Shown here in pieces: positions 54,784 through 64,000 of a DNA stretch of 64,000 nt (the stretch's first letter is position 1; every line of letters starts with the position of its first letter). The notes under the pieces are model-generated. The model was not told the origin of the DNA and did no database searches. It was given only the letters and a program-made list of their open reading frames with translations. The translations under genes and the position numbers were made by a program. Source of the DNA: an uncultured virus (IMG/VR IMGVR_UViG_3300033075_000216) (Duplodnaviria > Heunggongvirae > Uroviricota > Caudoviricetes); IMG/VR virus record IMGVR_UViG_3300033075_000216, one strand, 5' to 3'.

Positions 54784-55403
54784 AGCATTATAAACTAACA
54801 GAAGAATGTATATTTTTTGGAAATAGAAAACTATATAGAATACAAGCGTTAATAGACATGCCGCAACATGGTGTAAAGGCAGGAGACCTTGGAGGCTATA
54901 TCGAATCTTATGAAAACCTGTCAGGAAATGCGTGGGTTGGTGGAGATGCGAAGGTTTTTGGAAATGCAAAGGTTTATGGAGATGCGTGGGTTCTTGGAAA
55001 TGCGCATGTTTCTGGAAATGCGCAGGTTTATGGAAATGCATATGTTTATGGAAATGCTAAAATTTACGATGATGCAAAATTATTTGATAATGCTGCGCTG
55101 AACGTAAGTGCTAGTATATACGGAAACGCTAAAGTGTATGGAAATGCTAGCGTAGGTGGAAATGCTAAAATATTTAACGATGCTAGAATTTTTGATAACG
55201 CAAGAGTGTTCCAAGAAGCGCAGGTTTATGGAATGGCTAAAGTGTCAGGAGATGTTTGTGTGCATGAGAATGCTAAAGTATACGGCCATGCTCAAGTGCG
55301 AGGTGGTGCTGTAGTGTTAGGAAGCACAGAAGTGTTTAATAGGATAATAATCGGGGATAAAAGAAGACCTGTTACAAAGTGGGATATATGCCAGCTAGGA
55401 TAA
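54780..55403 (+). CDS. Hexapeptide-repeat protein, paralogue 2
   Basis: Same N-domain; ATGA overlap with the pol stop. Confidence 0.75.
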   Translation: MKHYKLTEECIFFGNRKLYRIQALIDMPQHGVKAGDLGGYIESYENLSGNAWVGGDAKVFGNAKVYGDAWVLGNAHVSGNAQVYGNAYVYGNAKIYDDAKLFDNAALNVSASIYGNAKVYGNASVGGNAKIFNDARIFDNARVFQEAQVYGMAKVSGDVCVHENAKVYGHAQVRGGAVVLGSTEVFNRIIIGDKRRPVTKWDICQLG

Positions 55404-56248
55404 ATTACATAAAAGAAAATGACAAACTAGTGTCGAGTAGACAGTTTAAAAGTAATGACGGTAGATTATTAAAAGTTATAGCAAACCTCACCTTTACCCA
55501 AGCACAAATACAAGTTGTAGAAACTGGTGAAGTGTTATATTCTATAACCAATACATCTAAAACATATACACAAAGACGTATTAAGAAACATTTAAAGAAG
55601 TATACAGAAGAAGTGTTTTCAGTAAAAAAACCTAAAAACTATTTAAATTTTCCAGGATACAGATGAAACTTACACACAAAAAGCTGCAAGAAATTAAAGA
55701 TTGTCTAGACGCAAACGAGATACAAAGATATAATGATTATGATTATAGAGACATTGCTTTTATTATGGGGATAATTGCAGCTGTCAATTATTTAAACAAA
55801 GAAAACTTAGTGCCTAAAGATTTTACAGTGGAGTTACTAGATAAATGAAAGCTATGATTTATTTAAAAGACGGTAGCGTTATTCAAACGGAAGACTTAAA
55901 CAGCACTCTTGCTGATCGTATCATGTTAACTGTTATATATGCATCTAATAACAGAGTAGCTTCAGGAGCAAAACTAATGATACCAATGTCTAACATTTCT
56001 TTTATAGAGATTTTATGACAGTTGCAGACTTAAAAGAAGCAATAGCCTCAGGATATTTAATAAGACATATAAACTTTTTAGACGTATGTTTCATCCCAAC
56101 TTTAATAGTTGAAACTACAGAACCAGATTTACAAGTAAAAGGGTTTTGGTTTAACGTATCTTATGGTAAACTAGTAACAGACAGTGCCGATTATATAACA
56201 ATTAGAAAAGACTTACTGGAGAACTGGCGTGTATTACAAAGGCGTTAA
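55379..56248 (+). other. Small hypothetical CDS (55379-55666, 55663-55848, 56015-56248)
   Basis: Packed ORFs. Confidence 0.45.
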
Positions 56249-56714
56249 TTATCTTAAACAAAAACGTGAAGAGACGTGTGTTTCTGTTGCAATTATAAAT
56301 GCGTTAAAATGGGCAGGATCTAAATCTGTATCTGATAAACATGTAAAGTCCGTTCATCGCCTTATATGGAAGAATAAAACATACACACAAATATCAAACA
56401 TAAGAAATGTTTTAAAAAAATGCACAAAGTATTTTTCAGCAGTATATAAAAAGCATCCTACAGTAGAAGAGCTACTTTCTCACTTAGAGAAAGAAAATAC
56501 GGCCTTGCTTTTCAGCTATTTCTTTAGGCATCATAACGATGAGATAGAAGAGGGTCATTGTATTCTTGTACTAAAACACTCCCCAAATAAACTTGTACTT
56601 GTAAACGAATCTTTACAAAAACCTGTAAAAATAATAACACTTAAAACGTTTAAAAGTAAATATATGAAAAAAACCGAGTGTTATCCGGATGCTTTTTTAT
56701 TGGAGAAAGTATAG
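56229..56714 (+). CDS. C39-like cysteine peptidase
   Basis: Q.....C...AIINAL; GHCILV; LVN. Confidence 0.6.
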   Translation: MYYKGVNYLKQKREETCVSVAIINALKWAGSKSVSDKHVKSVHRLIWKNKTYTQISNIRNVLKKCTKYFSAVYKKHPTVEELLSHLEKENTALLFSYFFRHHNDEIEEGHCILVLKHSPNKLVLVNESLQKPVKIITLKTFKSKYMKKTECYPDAFLLEKV

Positions 56715-57196
56715 TGAAGCATTATAAACTAACAGACAAACCTATAAAAGTAGGAAGTAGAAAACTATACAGAATACAAGCAACTGTAGACTTACCTAAA
56801 TATTACATTAAAGCAGGAGATCTTGGTGGGTTTGTAGAGTCATATGAAAACCTGTCAGGAAATGCTTGGGTTAGTGACAACGCTGTAGTTTATGGAAATG
56901 CAAGGGTTTATGGTAATGCGCTTGTTTCTGGAAATTCGTGGGTCTACGGAAATGCGCACGTTTTTGAAAACGCTACAGTAGAAGATAATGCACGCGTTTA
57001 TGGAAATGCGTGGGTTTACGGAAAAGCCCGTATACAAGATTATGCAAAGGTTTGTGGATATTCAAAAGTTTATGGACATACTTACGTAGACAACATACAA
57101 GAAATTTATAACATTGTCGTAAAAGAGAACACATATAGAGCCGTTACTACGTGGGATAAAAAAAATAGACATATTCACGAACAAGAGAAGGATTAA
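56714..57196 (+). CDS. Hexapeptide-repeat protein, paralogue 3
   Basis: GTG start at 56714; same N-domain. Confidence 0.75.
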   Translation: MKHYKLTDKPIKVGSRKLYRIQATVDLPKYYIKAGDLGGFVESYENLSGNAWVSDNAVVYGNARVYGNALVSGNSWVYGNAHVFENATVEDNARVYGNAWVYGKARIQDYAKVCGYSKVYGHTYVDNIQEIYNIVVKENTYRAVTTWDKKNRHIHEQEKD

Positions 57197-57205
57197 GCAA
57201 TTAGT

Positions 57206-57439
57206 ATGCAAATTTATGATATAAAACTTCTAAAAGTGTCTAAAACTATTATAGAAAAGGTTCCAAACATTTTAACAAACATTGACAAAACTATAAACAT
57301 GCTTCAGAATGAATCTGACATGCCTAATAATCTTGTTATAACCAATCTTATAAAAGATCTTAATAATCATAAGTGGGTGTTGTCTAAACAGCTTGAGTCG
57401 GCTAGGAAATGTTTAGAAACTAAAGGGAGAATTCAATGA
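57206..57439 (+). CDS. Hypothetical protein
   Basis: 77 aa. Confidence 0.45.
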   Translation: MQIYDIKLLKVSKTIIEKVPNILTNIDKTINMLQNESDMPNNLVITNLIKDLNNHKWVLSKQLESARKCLETKGRIQ

Positions 57440-58236
57440 GCAATTTAAAAATATTAGTGGTGGATATAGAGACCGCTCCCATAATGGCTCATGTTTGGGG
57501 ACTCTGGCAACAAGACGTATCTCTTACACAAATAGAAAAAGATTGGCATGTAATGGCCTGGTGCGCTAAGTGGTTTAAAGCTGCAGATGGTACAGTGTAC
57601 GGTCCTCATAGTAATTTAATCTACAGAGATCAGAGAAACGCTAAAGACTTAACTGACGACAAAGAAATACTAAAAGACATTAGAAAGCTTTTAGATGAAG
57701 CTGATATTGTCATTGGACAGAATAGTAAGAACTTCGACATCAAAAAACTTAATGCTAGATTTATTCTTAATGGTTTAAAACCATATAGCAAGTTTAAACA
57801 TGTCGACACTAAACAAATTGCAAGTAAGCACTTTGCTTTTACAAGTAATAAGCTTGAATATTTATCAGAAAAGCTGTGTACAAAACACAAAAAGTCTAAG
57901 CACGCAAAGTTTTTTGGGTTCAATCTTTGGCTAGCTTGTATGGCTGGTAATAAGAAAGCTTGGAAAGAAATGGAGCATTACAATAAACGCGATGTATTAG
58001 CAACAGAAGAGTTGTACATAAAGTTACAGCCCTGGGATAACTCTATTAATTTGGATTTATATGCTGATGATGTGATGAGAAAGTGTATATGCGGTAGTAC
58101 TAAATTTAATAAGAATGGCTACTCTTATACAAGCACAGGACGTTTTCAACGTTACTATTGTGCTAATTGCGGAGCTGAGAACAGAGAGAAAGTGAATCTA
58201 TTATCTAAAGAGAAACGTAAATCTTTAAGAGCTTAA
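57436..58236 (+). CDS. DEDDy/RNase H-like exonuclease with C-terminal Zn ribbon
   Basis: DIET, QN...FD, YNKRD; CICGS...CANCG. Confidence 0.85.
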   Translation: MSNLKILVVDIETAPIMAHVWGLWQQDVSLTQIEKDWHVMAWCAKWFKAADGTVYGPHSNLIYRDQRNAKDLTDDKEILKDIRKLLDEADIVIGQNSKNFDIKKLNARFILNGLKPYSKFKHVDTKQIASKHFAFTSNKLEYLSEKLCTKHKKSKHAKFFGFNLWLACMAGNKKAWKEMEHYNKRDVLATEELYIKLQPWDNSINLDLYADDVMRKCICGSTKFNKNGYSYTSTGRFQRYYCANCGAENREKVNLLSKEKRKSLRA

Positions 58237-58416
58237 TAATGAGCGCTTATCATAGACCTATAGAAAAACCAGCCCCAATAGAAATAACAGAATTAGAAAA
58301 AAATATAAGTATGTATGGATATATCCTTTTGGAATAAGGTTTTATACAAACCAGCGTATAAATGTTATACAAAGGTTATACATGAAGTTTCGTTATAATA
58401 TACAGGTAAGAGAGCT

Positions 58417-58719
58417 TTGATTAAAAAAAGAACAACCGCTAAGTCTAGAACACATAAAAGCGAGCTTGAACGTTTACGAGAAGAAAATAGACGTTTAGAA
58501 GGCGTTGTGCGAGATTTAAAGAAACAACTATCTAGAAAGAATAAAATAACAGCCGCGTATGAAGATCATTTAATAGATAATGACGAAACTTACGTTGATT
58601 GGAAAACAGAACGCACCTGCCAAGATTGCGGAAAAGGTGAACTTAAAGAAACATCCTTAGGTATACGAACTCTAACTACTTGTTCTGTTTGTAATTATCA
58701 AAAGATAACAAAAAGTTAG
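58417..58719 (+). CDS. Coiled-coil + Zn-ribbon protein
   Basis: CQDCG...CSVC. Confidence 0.55.
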   Translation: MIKKRTTAKSRTHKSELERLREENRRLEGVVRDLKKQLSRKNKITAAYEDHLIDNDETYVDWKTERTCQDCGKGELKETSLGIRTLTTCSVCNYQKITKS

Positions 58720-58769
58720 TTGACTTGATTTAGTATTTATATAATAATGATTTTAGGAGAAATTATTTT

Positions 58770-59393
58770 ATGGAATATCTATTGCTTTTGTTAGTGTTTT
58801 TAACTGGTTGCGGTAAGGATACAGAAATAGTTGAGCGTGTTGTAGAGGTGCCAGCAGCCGTAACAACAACATCTGAAACTGTTAAGATTGTTCAAGAAGA
58901 AAACGCTTATAGAAAAGCTGCAGGACAACAACCTCTTACAGAAGGCCTAGCTTGTACATTACATAACGTTGCAGCAACAACTCCCTCCACTATACCAAAC
59001 AGCCTTCCGTCCGCTGTTGCTACGTTTATATTAAACGCCTCTTTTAATGTAGTAGATTCTTCCACTTCTTCAGGGTTACCTTTGTTGCCAGACGCGCTAA
59101 AAGCAACATATAAAACGCAATATGTTTTAAAGTGTCAAGGCAGCGTCATTATCGAGACAAGCGACTACGCTTTATTTGAAGTTATTAGTGACGATGGCTC
59201 TAAACTATACATCGACGGTTCGTTGTTAGTTGATAACGACGGCCTACACTCCTCACAGTCACGCTCAGCTTCTAGGTTGTTGAAACGCGGAGTTCATACC
59301 TTCAGAATAGATTACTTACAGGCAAACGGAAACCAAAGCCTTATTGTTAAAATGAACGGATCTGTAATATCCTCAACAAGTTTTTATAGGTAA
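58770..59393 (+). CDS. Lipoprotein with PA14 domain
   Basis: Lipobox LTGC; SDDGSKLYIDG.LLVDNDGLH. Confidence 0.8.
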   Translation: MEYLLLLLVFLTGCGKDTEIVERVVEVPAAVTTTSETVKIVQEENAYRKAAGQQPLTEGLACTLHNVAATTPSTIPNSLPSAVATFILNASFNVVDSSTSSGLPLLPDALKATYKTQYVLKCQGSVIIETSDYALFEVISDDGSKLYIDGSLLVDNDGLHSSQSRSASRLLKRGVHTFRIDYLQANGNQSLIVKMNGSVISSTSFYR

Positions 59394-59404
59394 GAGGTAA
59401 AAAT

Positions 59405-60049
59405 ATGAAAAGATATTATAAATTAACAAAACAAAGCAGAAAATTGTACGGAAGAAAACTATATAGAATACAGGCTTTAGTGGATATGCCGCAACATGGT
59501 GTTAAGGCAGGAGATCTTGGCGGGTTTGTAGAGTCATATGAAAACCTGTCAGGAAATGCTTGGGTTAGTGATGACGCTAAGGTTTTTGACGATGCGAAGG
59601 TTTTTGGAAATGCTAAAGTTTCTGGTAATGCTGAAATATCAGGCATGGTTAAAATTTTTAATTATGCACAAGTTTATGGAAATGCTCAGATTTGGGGAAG
59701 TGCTGTTATTTTTCAAAGCGCTAGTGTTTTTGATGACGCCAACGTTTTTGGAGATGTAACTATTTGTGGAGATGCAAGAATTTATAAAAAAACTCTGCTA
59801 TGCGGACAATCCACACCGATTAATACAGGAGACATAACAAATTCTAATCAAGTTTCTACTTTTAGAATAGGAGGCTTTATTGGAGTAACGATTTTGCCAA
59901 AGTGTGCAATAATGGGTGGAGAAATTTTAACACACAAAGAAGCTGTGAAACTTAAAAAACAAGAACTAGTGAAGTTAGGTTTACCAGCAAAGTTGCACAG
60001 TGTTTATAGATCAACATTAAAAGCTATAATAAAGAGTGTACCGTGCTAG
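59405..60049 (+). CDS. Hexapeptide-repeat protein, paralogue 4
   Basis: Same N-domain and type-A C-domain. Confidence 0.75.
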   Translation: MKRYYKLTKQSRKLYGRKLYRIQALVDMPQHGVKAGDLGGFVESYENLSGNAWVSDDAKVFDDAKVFGNAKVSGNAEISGMVKIFNYAQVYGNAQIWGSAVIFQSASVFDDANVFGDVTICGDARIYKKTLLCGQSTPINTGDITNSNQVSTFRIGGFIGVTILPKCAIMGGEILTHKEAVKLKKQELVKLGLPAKLHSVYRSTLKAIIKSVPC

Positions 60050-60468
60050 TAATTAAATGTAAAAAAACTCATCAAAATGCGAGCCTACCTAAACAAAGCC
60101 AGCCAGGCGATGCTGGATTGGATCTAACCTGCGCAGTTTGGGAAATACAAGGTGATCAGTTTATAGTGGATACCGGAATTGCTGTAGACCTGCCACAAGG
60201 TTGCCCAGCTCTTATTCTTCCTAGAAGCGGCATAGTAGGCACTGGACTTAGGCTTGCAAATGGTGTAGGGTTGATAGATCCAAACTATCGAGGATCACTT
60301 AAACTAGTCTTTGATATAGTGGATAAAACAAAAGATCGTTATAAGATCGGAGATAGAGTAGGCCAGTTACTAGTGTTGAGAAACATAGCTCCAGTTCAGT
60401 GTATCGAGGCGACGGAATTGTCAACATCCAATCGCGGAACAAAAGGATTTGGGTCATCAGGCAAATGA
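60043..60468 (+). CDS. dut: Trimeric dUTPase
   Basis: Five motifs: AGLDL, RSG, GLIDPNYRG, GDRVGQ, RGTKGFGSSG. Confidence 0.93.
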   Translation: MLVIKCKKTHQNASLPKQSQPGDAGLDLTCAVWEIQGDQFIVDTGIAVDLPQGCPALILPRSGIVGTGLRLANGVGLIDPNYRGSLKLVFDIVDKTKDRYKIGDRVGQLLVLRNIAPVQCIEATELSTSNRGTKGFGSSGK

Positions 60469-61496
60469 AAAAACTAAGCTATAGCAGAATAAAGTCCTAT
60501 CAAGAATGTCCAAAAAAGTTTGAATATCATTATATTAAAAAGATACGGGACCCTATTGCGCAGTCTTCACTACTGTTCGGCTCGGCTTTAGATAAAACCA
60601 TCAATGACATGCTCTTGGATAAGAAGAACAATAATTTAAAGAAGCTTGGAGAGTATGTAAAAGCTTTTAGAGAAAACTGGCGCTTTGGCTATGTTAACGA
60701 TATTCTTACTGAACTTAAACACTGCACTGATATTGCTTATGCAGAATCTGACATAGACTATGAAATTATAAAGACAGACATTAAACGTCACAAAGAACTG
60801 GTAGAGAAGAAGAAAGAAGTTACGCAGCTTAAGATGGGTAAGAAAGATGTCGCAGAAATGAACGCCGTGTTTTGGGAATGTCTTGCGGTTAAGGGTAGAT
60901 GCATGGTTGAGACATTTTACAAGGTGTTTCTACCTGACATTAAAGAAGTTTTAGAAGTGCAGAAAAGAGTGTCCTTAAAAAATGCGGATGGCGATGAGGT
61001 GGAAGGGTATGTAGATTGTGTTTTGGATTTAGGAGACGGTCCCGTTATATGCGATTTAAAAACATCTTCCATAAAATACACCGGCTACTCCGCAAACATT
61101 AGTCCACAGTTAGCTACATACGTAAATGCCTTAAGGTCTGAATATAACACTAATAAAGTTGCCTTCATTGTATTGTACAAACAAATGATGAAGGATAAGA
61201 TTAAGATGTGCGAGACGTGTCTGGTTCAATGTATGTCCCAGGCTCGAAAGTGCGATAATATTATAGAGGGTATTAGGTGTAATGGAGCATTCACTACAGA
61301 TATAAATCCTAAGGCAAAGCTTGAAGTTATTACAGGCTTTATTAAAGATAGTTTTGAAGAGCATGTTATGGAAAATTATCATACAATACTACACGCAATT
61401 AGAGAGGAGATATTTCCTCGTAATTGGAATAGTTGTATGGCATATAATAGACCATGTCCTTACATGGAAGCTTGTCATAAGGGGAAGAAGATATGA
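60465..61496 (+). CDS. PD-(D/E)XK exonuclease (RecB/Cas4-like)
   Basis: LSYS.I..Y..CP, G.VD, DLKT, QL..Y, C-terminal C......CPY...C. Confidence 0.85.
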   Translation: MKKLSYSRIKSYQECPKKFEYHYIKKIRDPIAQSSLLFGSALDKTINDMLLDKKNNNLKKLGEYVKAFRENWRFGYVNDILTELKHCTDIAYAESDIDYEIIKTDIKRHKELVEKKKEVTQLKMGKKDVAEMNAVFWECLAVKGRCMVETFYKVFLPDIKEVLEVQKRVSLKNADGDEVEGYVDCVLDLGDGPVICDLKTSSIKYTGYSANISPQLATYVNALRSEYNTNKVAFIVLYKQMMKDKIKMCETCLVQCMSQARKCDNIIEGIRCNGAFTTDINPKAKLEVITGFIKDSFEEHVMENYHTILHAIREEIFPRNWNSCMAYNRPCPYMEACHKGKKI

Positions 61497-62211
61497 AAAG
61501 ACATTATAAATTAACGAAAAAAAGTATAAAATTGTACGGTAGAAAACTATATAGAATACAAGCAAACATAGACATGCCACAACATAATGTGAAGGTGGGA
61601 GACCTTGGTGGCTACGTTGAGTCTTATGAAAACCTGTTAGACAATGCTTGGGTTGGCGAAAATGCAAGGGTTTGTGATAATGCGAGGGTACGCGGAAATG
61701 CGCGGGTTTCTGGAGATGCATGCGTTTCTGGAAATGCATGTGTTTCTGGAAATGCAAGTGTTAGTGGAAATGTATTGGTTTTTGATAATGCTTGGATTTA
61801 TGGACGTGCGTATGTTTATGGAGACGCACGGGTTTTCAATAATGCTTGGATTTATGGACATGCGCAGGTTTACGGAAAGGCATTGGTTTGCGAAAATGCG
61901 CAGGTTTACGGAAATGCATTGGTTTGCGAAAATGCGCGTGTTTACGTAGATGCAAAGGTTTGTGTAGGAAAGCTAACAAAAACACAACAAGTTTCAACAT
62001 TTCAAATAAGAAGTGGTTGTCGTGTGACAGTGACACCTAAGCATGCTACAATAGGATGTAAAACTATGACGCATAAAGAGTGGCTAAAGGCTACAAAAAA
62101 GCAAATAATTGAAACGGGTTTACCAGAAGAGTTGTATGATATTTATAAATCAACACTAAAAGCTGTAATAAAGAGCATGTCGTGTTAGTTTACATGGAAG
62201 CTTGTCATAAG
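61460..62211 (+). repeat. 22-bp direct repeat TTACATGGAAGCTTGTCATAAG (61460-61481, 62190-62211) flanking paralogue 5
   Basis: Exact match read from the sequence. Confidence 0.85.
61493..62188 (+). CDS. Hexapeptide-repeat protein, paralogue 5
   Basis: Same architecture. Confidence 0.75.
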   Translation: MKRHYKLTKKSIKLYGRKLYRIQANIDMPQHNVKVGDLGGYVESYENLLDNAWVGENARVCDNARVRGNARVSGDACVSGNACVSGNASVSGNVLVFDNAWIYGRAYVYGDARVFNNAWIYGHAQVYGKALVCENAQVYGNALVCENARVYVDAKVCVGKLTKTQQVSTFQIRSGCRVTVTPKHATIGCKTMTHKEWLKATKKQIIETGLPEELYDIYKSTLKAVIKSMSC

Positions 62212-62219
62212 TGGAAGAT

Positions 62220-62858
62220 ATGAATAGAAATTCTAAACTAACAGAAGAAAGTGTACAAATATACGGTAGAAAATTATACAGAATACAGGCTCTCGTAGAC
62301 ATGCCGCAACATGGAGTGAGGGCAGGAGACCTTGGCGGATATGTGGAATCTTATAATAATCTACTAGACAGTGCTTGGGTAGGAAATAATGCACTAGTTT
62401 TTGGTGGTGCGCAGGTTCGAGGAAATGCATGTGTTTATGAGTATGCACGAGTTTTTGGAAATGCGCAGGTTTATGATAATGCAAAAGTTTACGGAAATAC
62501 GGTAGTTTCGGAAAACTCAAGAGTTTATGAAGATGCGAGAGTTTATGGTCACGCACTACTTTGTCTAGATGCTAGTGTTTATGGAAATGCAGAGGTTTAT
62601 GGAAGTGTATATGTTCCTGGAAATGCGAAGGTTTGTGTAGGAAATATATCAAAACAAGATCAACTCTCAACATTTCAAATAGGCAAAGGCCCTAATGTAA
62701 CAATAACTCCTAAGCATGCTACAATAGTAGACAAAACGTTAACACATAAACAATGGTTAAAAATAACAAAGAAGCGTGCATTTAGAATAGGCATACCGGA
62801 AGATTTGCTTAACGTTTATAAATCAACATTAAAAGTTATAATGAGGAGAGTTTCGTGA
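62220..62858 (+). CDS. Hexapeptide-repeat protein, paralogue 6
   Basis: Same architecture. Confidence 0.75.
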   Translation: MNRNSKLTEESVQIYGRKLYRIQALVDMPQHGVRAGDLGGYVESYNNLLDSAWVGNNALVFGGAQVRGNACVYEYARVFGNAQVYDNAKVYGNTVVSENSRVYEDARVYGHALLCLDASVYGNAEVYGSVYVPGNAKVCVGNISKQDQLSTFQIGKGPNVTITPKHATIVDKTLTHKQWLKITKKRAFRIGIPEDLLNVYKSTLKVIMRRVS

Positions 62859-63202
62859 TATTCTTTACAAAGAAAAAAGGTCCGTTCTCAAAAGATTTAA
62901 AAGATGGTACTCGTGTTACTGTAGCGTTCTCTAACGTAGACACAGCAAACGCTATATTTACAAAAATATTTGAACCAGAAACTTATAAAGGAATTAGACA
63001 CTTGCCTGAAAATGAAGAAAATCGTAACGCTGTTGGCATGTTTTTTGATAAAAGTGCTGGACACTATAAGATGGTAGTGCTAGAGTATAATATATCTACG
63101 GGCGAATGTTGTATTGCAGAGATTAAAGAAGCCGCTGTAATGAAACATCACGCCAAGAGAAAGTTTGAAGTTGAGTTAGTAAATAAAAAGGTTTTAGATT
63201 AA
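62855..63202 (+). CDS. Hypothetical protein
   Basis: 115 aa. Confidence 0.45.
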   Translation: MIFFTKKKGPFSKDLKDGTRVTVAFSNVDTANAIFTKIFEPETYKGIRHLPENEENRNAVGMFFDKSAGHYKMVVLEYNISTGECCIAEIKEAAVMKHHAKRKFEVELVNKKVLD

Positions 63203-63212
63203 GGAGAACACT

Positions 63213-63776
63213 ATGTTAATGAGTAATAGTATCACAAATATTTCAGGAGCTATGCTAACTGCCCAAAGATCTATGGGAGAAGCTAAGAAAGACAGCACTA
63301 ACCCTTATTTTCGTAGCAGCTATGCTGATTTGAATTCTATTCGTGAAGTGGCGCTTCCGGCGCTTAACGCAGCCGGCATTAGCGTGCTTCAACCTACAGT
63401 GTCTATTGATGGTCGTAATTATGTTCGCACTCTTTTAATTCATGAAAGCGGTGAGTGGCTTGCTTCTGATACAGAAATCGTTGCTGCTAAAGCTAACGAC
63501 CCACAAGCTTACGGTAGCGGCATTTCTTATGCTCGCCGTTACGGTTTACAGAGTATGCTAAATATCGGCGCAGTGGATGATGATGGCGAAAGAGCCATGG
63601 TACGCGCGCCAAAAACACCGGAGCTGGCTTTAGCCCCAACCCCTTCTCAAGCTGGCTCCACGGACGGTGTGCCTAATGACAATACTTCCGCAACTCCTAC
63701 GGAAGCTTCTAATTCTCGCCGCCGTCCGCCCTCATTTAAGTTTCCCAAGCAAGCGTCAGGCGGAGGTTTTGAGTAA
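63213..63776 (+). CDS. erf: ERF-family single-strand annealing protein
   Basis: KDSTNPYF.S.YADL, T.L.HESGEW, PQAYGS.ISYARRY.L, DDDG. Confidence 0.88.
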   Translation: MLMSNSITNISGAMLTAQRSMGEAKKDSTNPYFRSSYADLNSIREVALPALNAAGISVLQPTVSIDGRNYVRTLLIHESGEWLASDTEIVAAKANDPQAYGSGISYARRYGLQSMLNIGAVDDDGERAMVRAPKTPELALAPTPSQAGSTDGVPNDNTSATPTEASNSRRRPPSFKFPKQASGGGFE

Positions 63777-64000
63777 TGTCTGAAAGTGCAGAACAATCGG
63801 CATTATTCTTTGCCAGTCACATTAAACCCTTTAAAGACAAGATTAGAGACTTGTCTAAAAAAGAACTGCAACGGTTAATATATGCAATGACCGTGCATCC
63901 TCTTCAAGAAGAATACGAGGCTATTATAACCTCTAAAGCAGAAGAAGAAATGTTAAACTTGCATATTGCATTACTTAATGCTAAACTAGTTATGTTCGCA
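63776..64000 (+). CDS. Hypothetical protein, partial
   Basis: TAATG coupling; starts MSESAEQSALFF and runs off the window. Confidence 0.5.
   Translation, partial: MSESAEQSALFFASHIKPFKDKIRDLSKKELQRLIYAMTVHPLQEEYEAIITSKAEEEMLNLHIALLNAKLVMFA

Noticed and set aside
60465..61496. Cas4 as evidence of a CRISPR system
   Set aside because: A stand-alone phage PD-(D/E)XK nuclease near ERF is a common recombination module; no array present
47150..62640. GGAAATGC-type 18-bp periodic repeats as a CRISPR array or DGR template/variable repeats
   Set aside because: They are codon-level hexapeptide repeats with no unique spacers; differences are not adenine-restricted; no reverse transcriptase or cas operon is in the window
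1..64000. tRNA, tmRNA or rRNA genes
   Set aside because: No cloverleaf with a T-loop consensus or rRNA-like sequence recognised by eye; tRNAscan/ARAGORN not run

Overview
The window is 64 kb of a tailed dsDNA phage genome (podovirus-like Caudoviricetes, standard genetic code). A Gram-negative host that uses sigma-54 is inferred. Bases 1-33k on the minus strand hold the late module: terminase, portal, scaffold, major capsid, tail and fibre proteins, and an M15 endolysin. Bases 33-43k on the plus strand hold accessory genes (CYTH, UDG-like, PDZ, MoxR AAA + VWA) and about 15 small proteins that share one C-terminal motif. Bases 43.2-44.6k are non-coding and highly structured. Bases 44.6-64k on the plus strand hold early and replication genes: primase-helicase, PolA, exonuclease, dUTPase, PD-(D/E)XK nuclease, ERF and six beta-helix paralogues. 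Main observations: (1) the major capsid gene is split by three group I introns, one carrying a LAGLIDADG endonuclease, and the spliced product is 404 aa; (2) a 13-bp motif, TTAACAACTATAT, occurs 7 times on the minus strand and behaves like a late promoter; (3) one copy of that motif precedes a candidate ~500-nt structured ncRNA; (4) early genes have sigma-54 -24/-12 promoters with a conserved upstream box; (5) a family of unrelated small proteins carries a shared [S/T/C]K[W/Y/F] + basic C-terminal tag. All calls come from reading the sequence by eye; no database searches were run.
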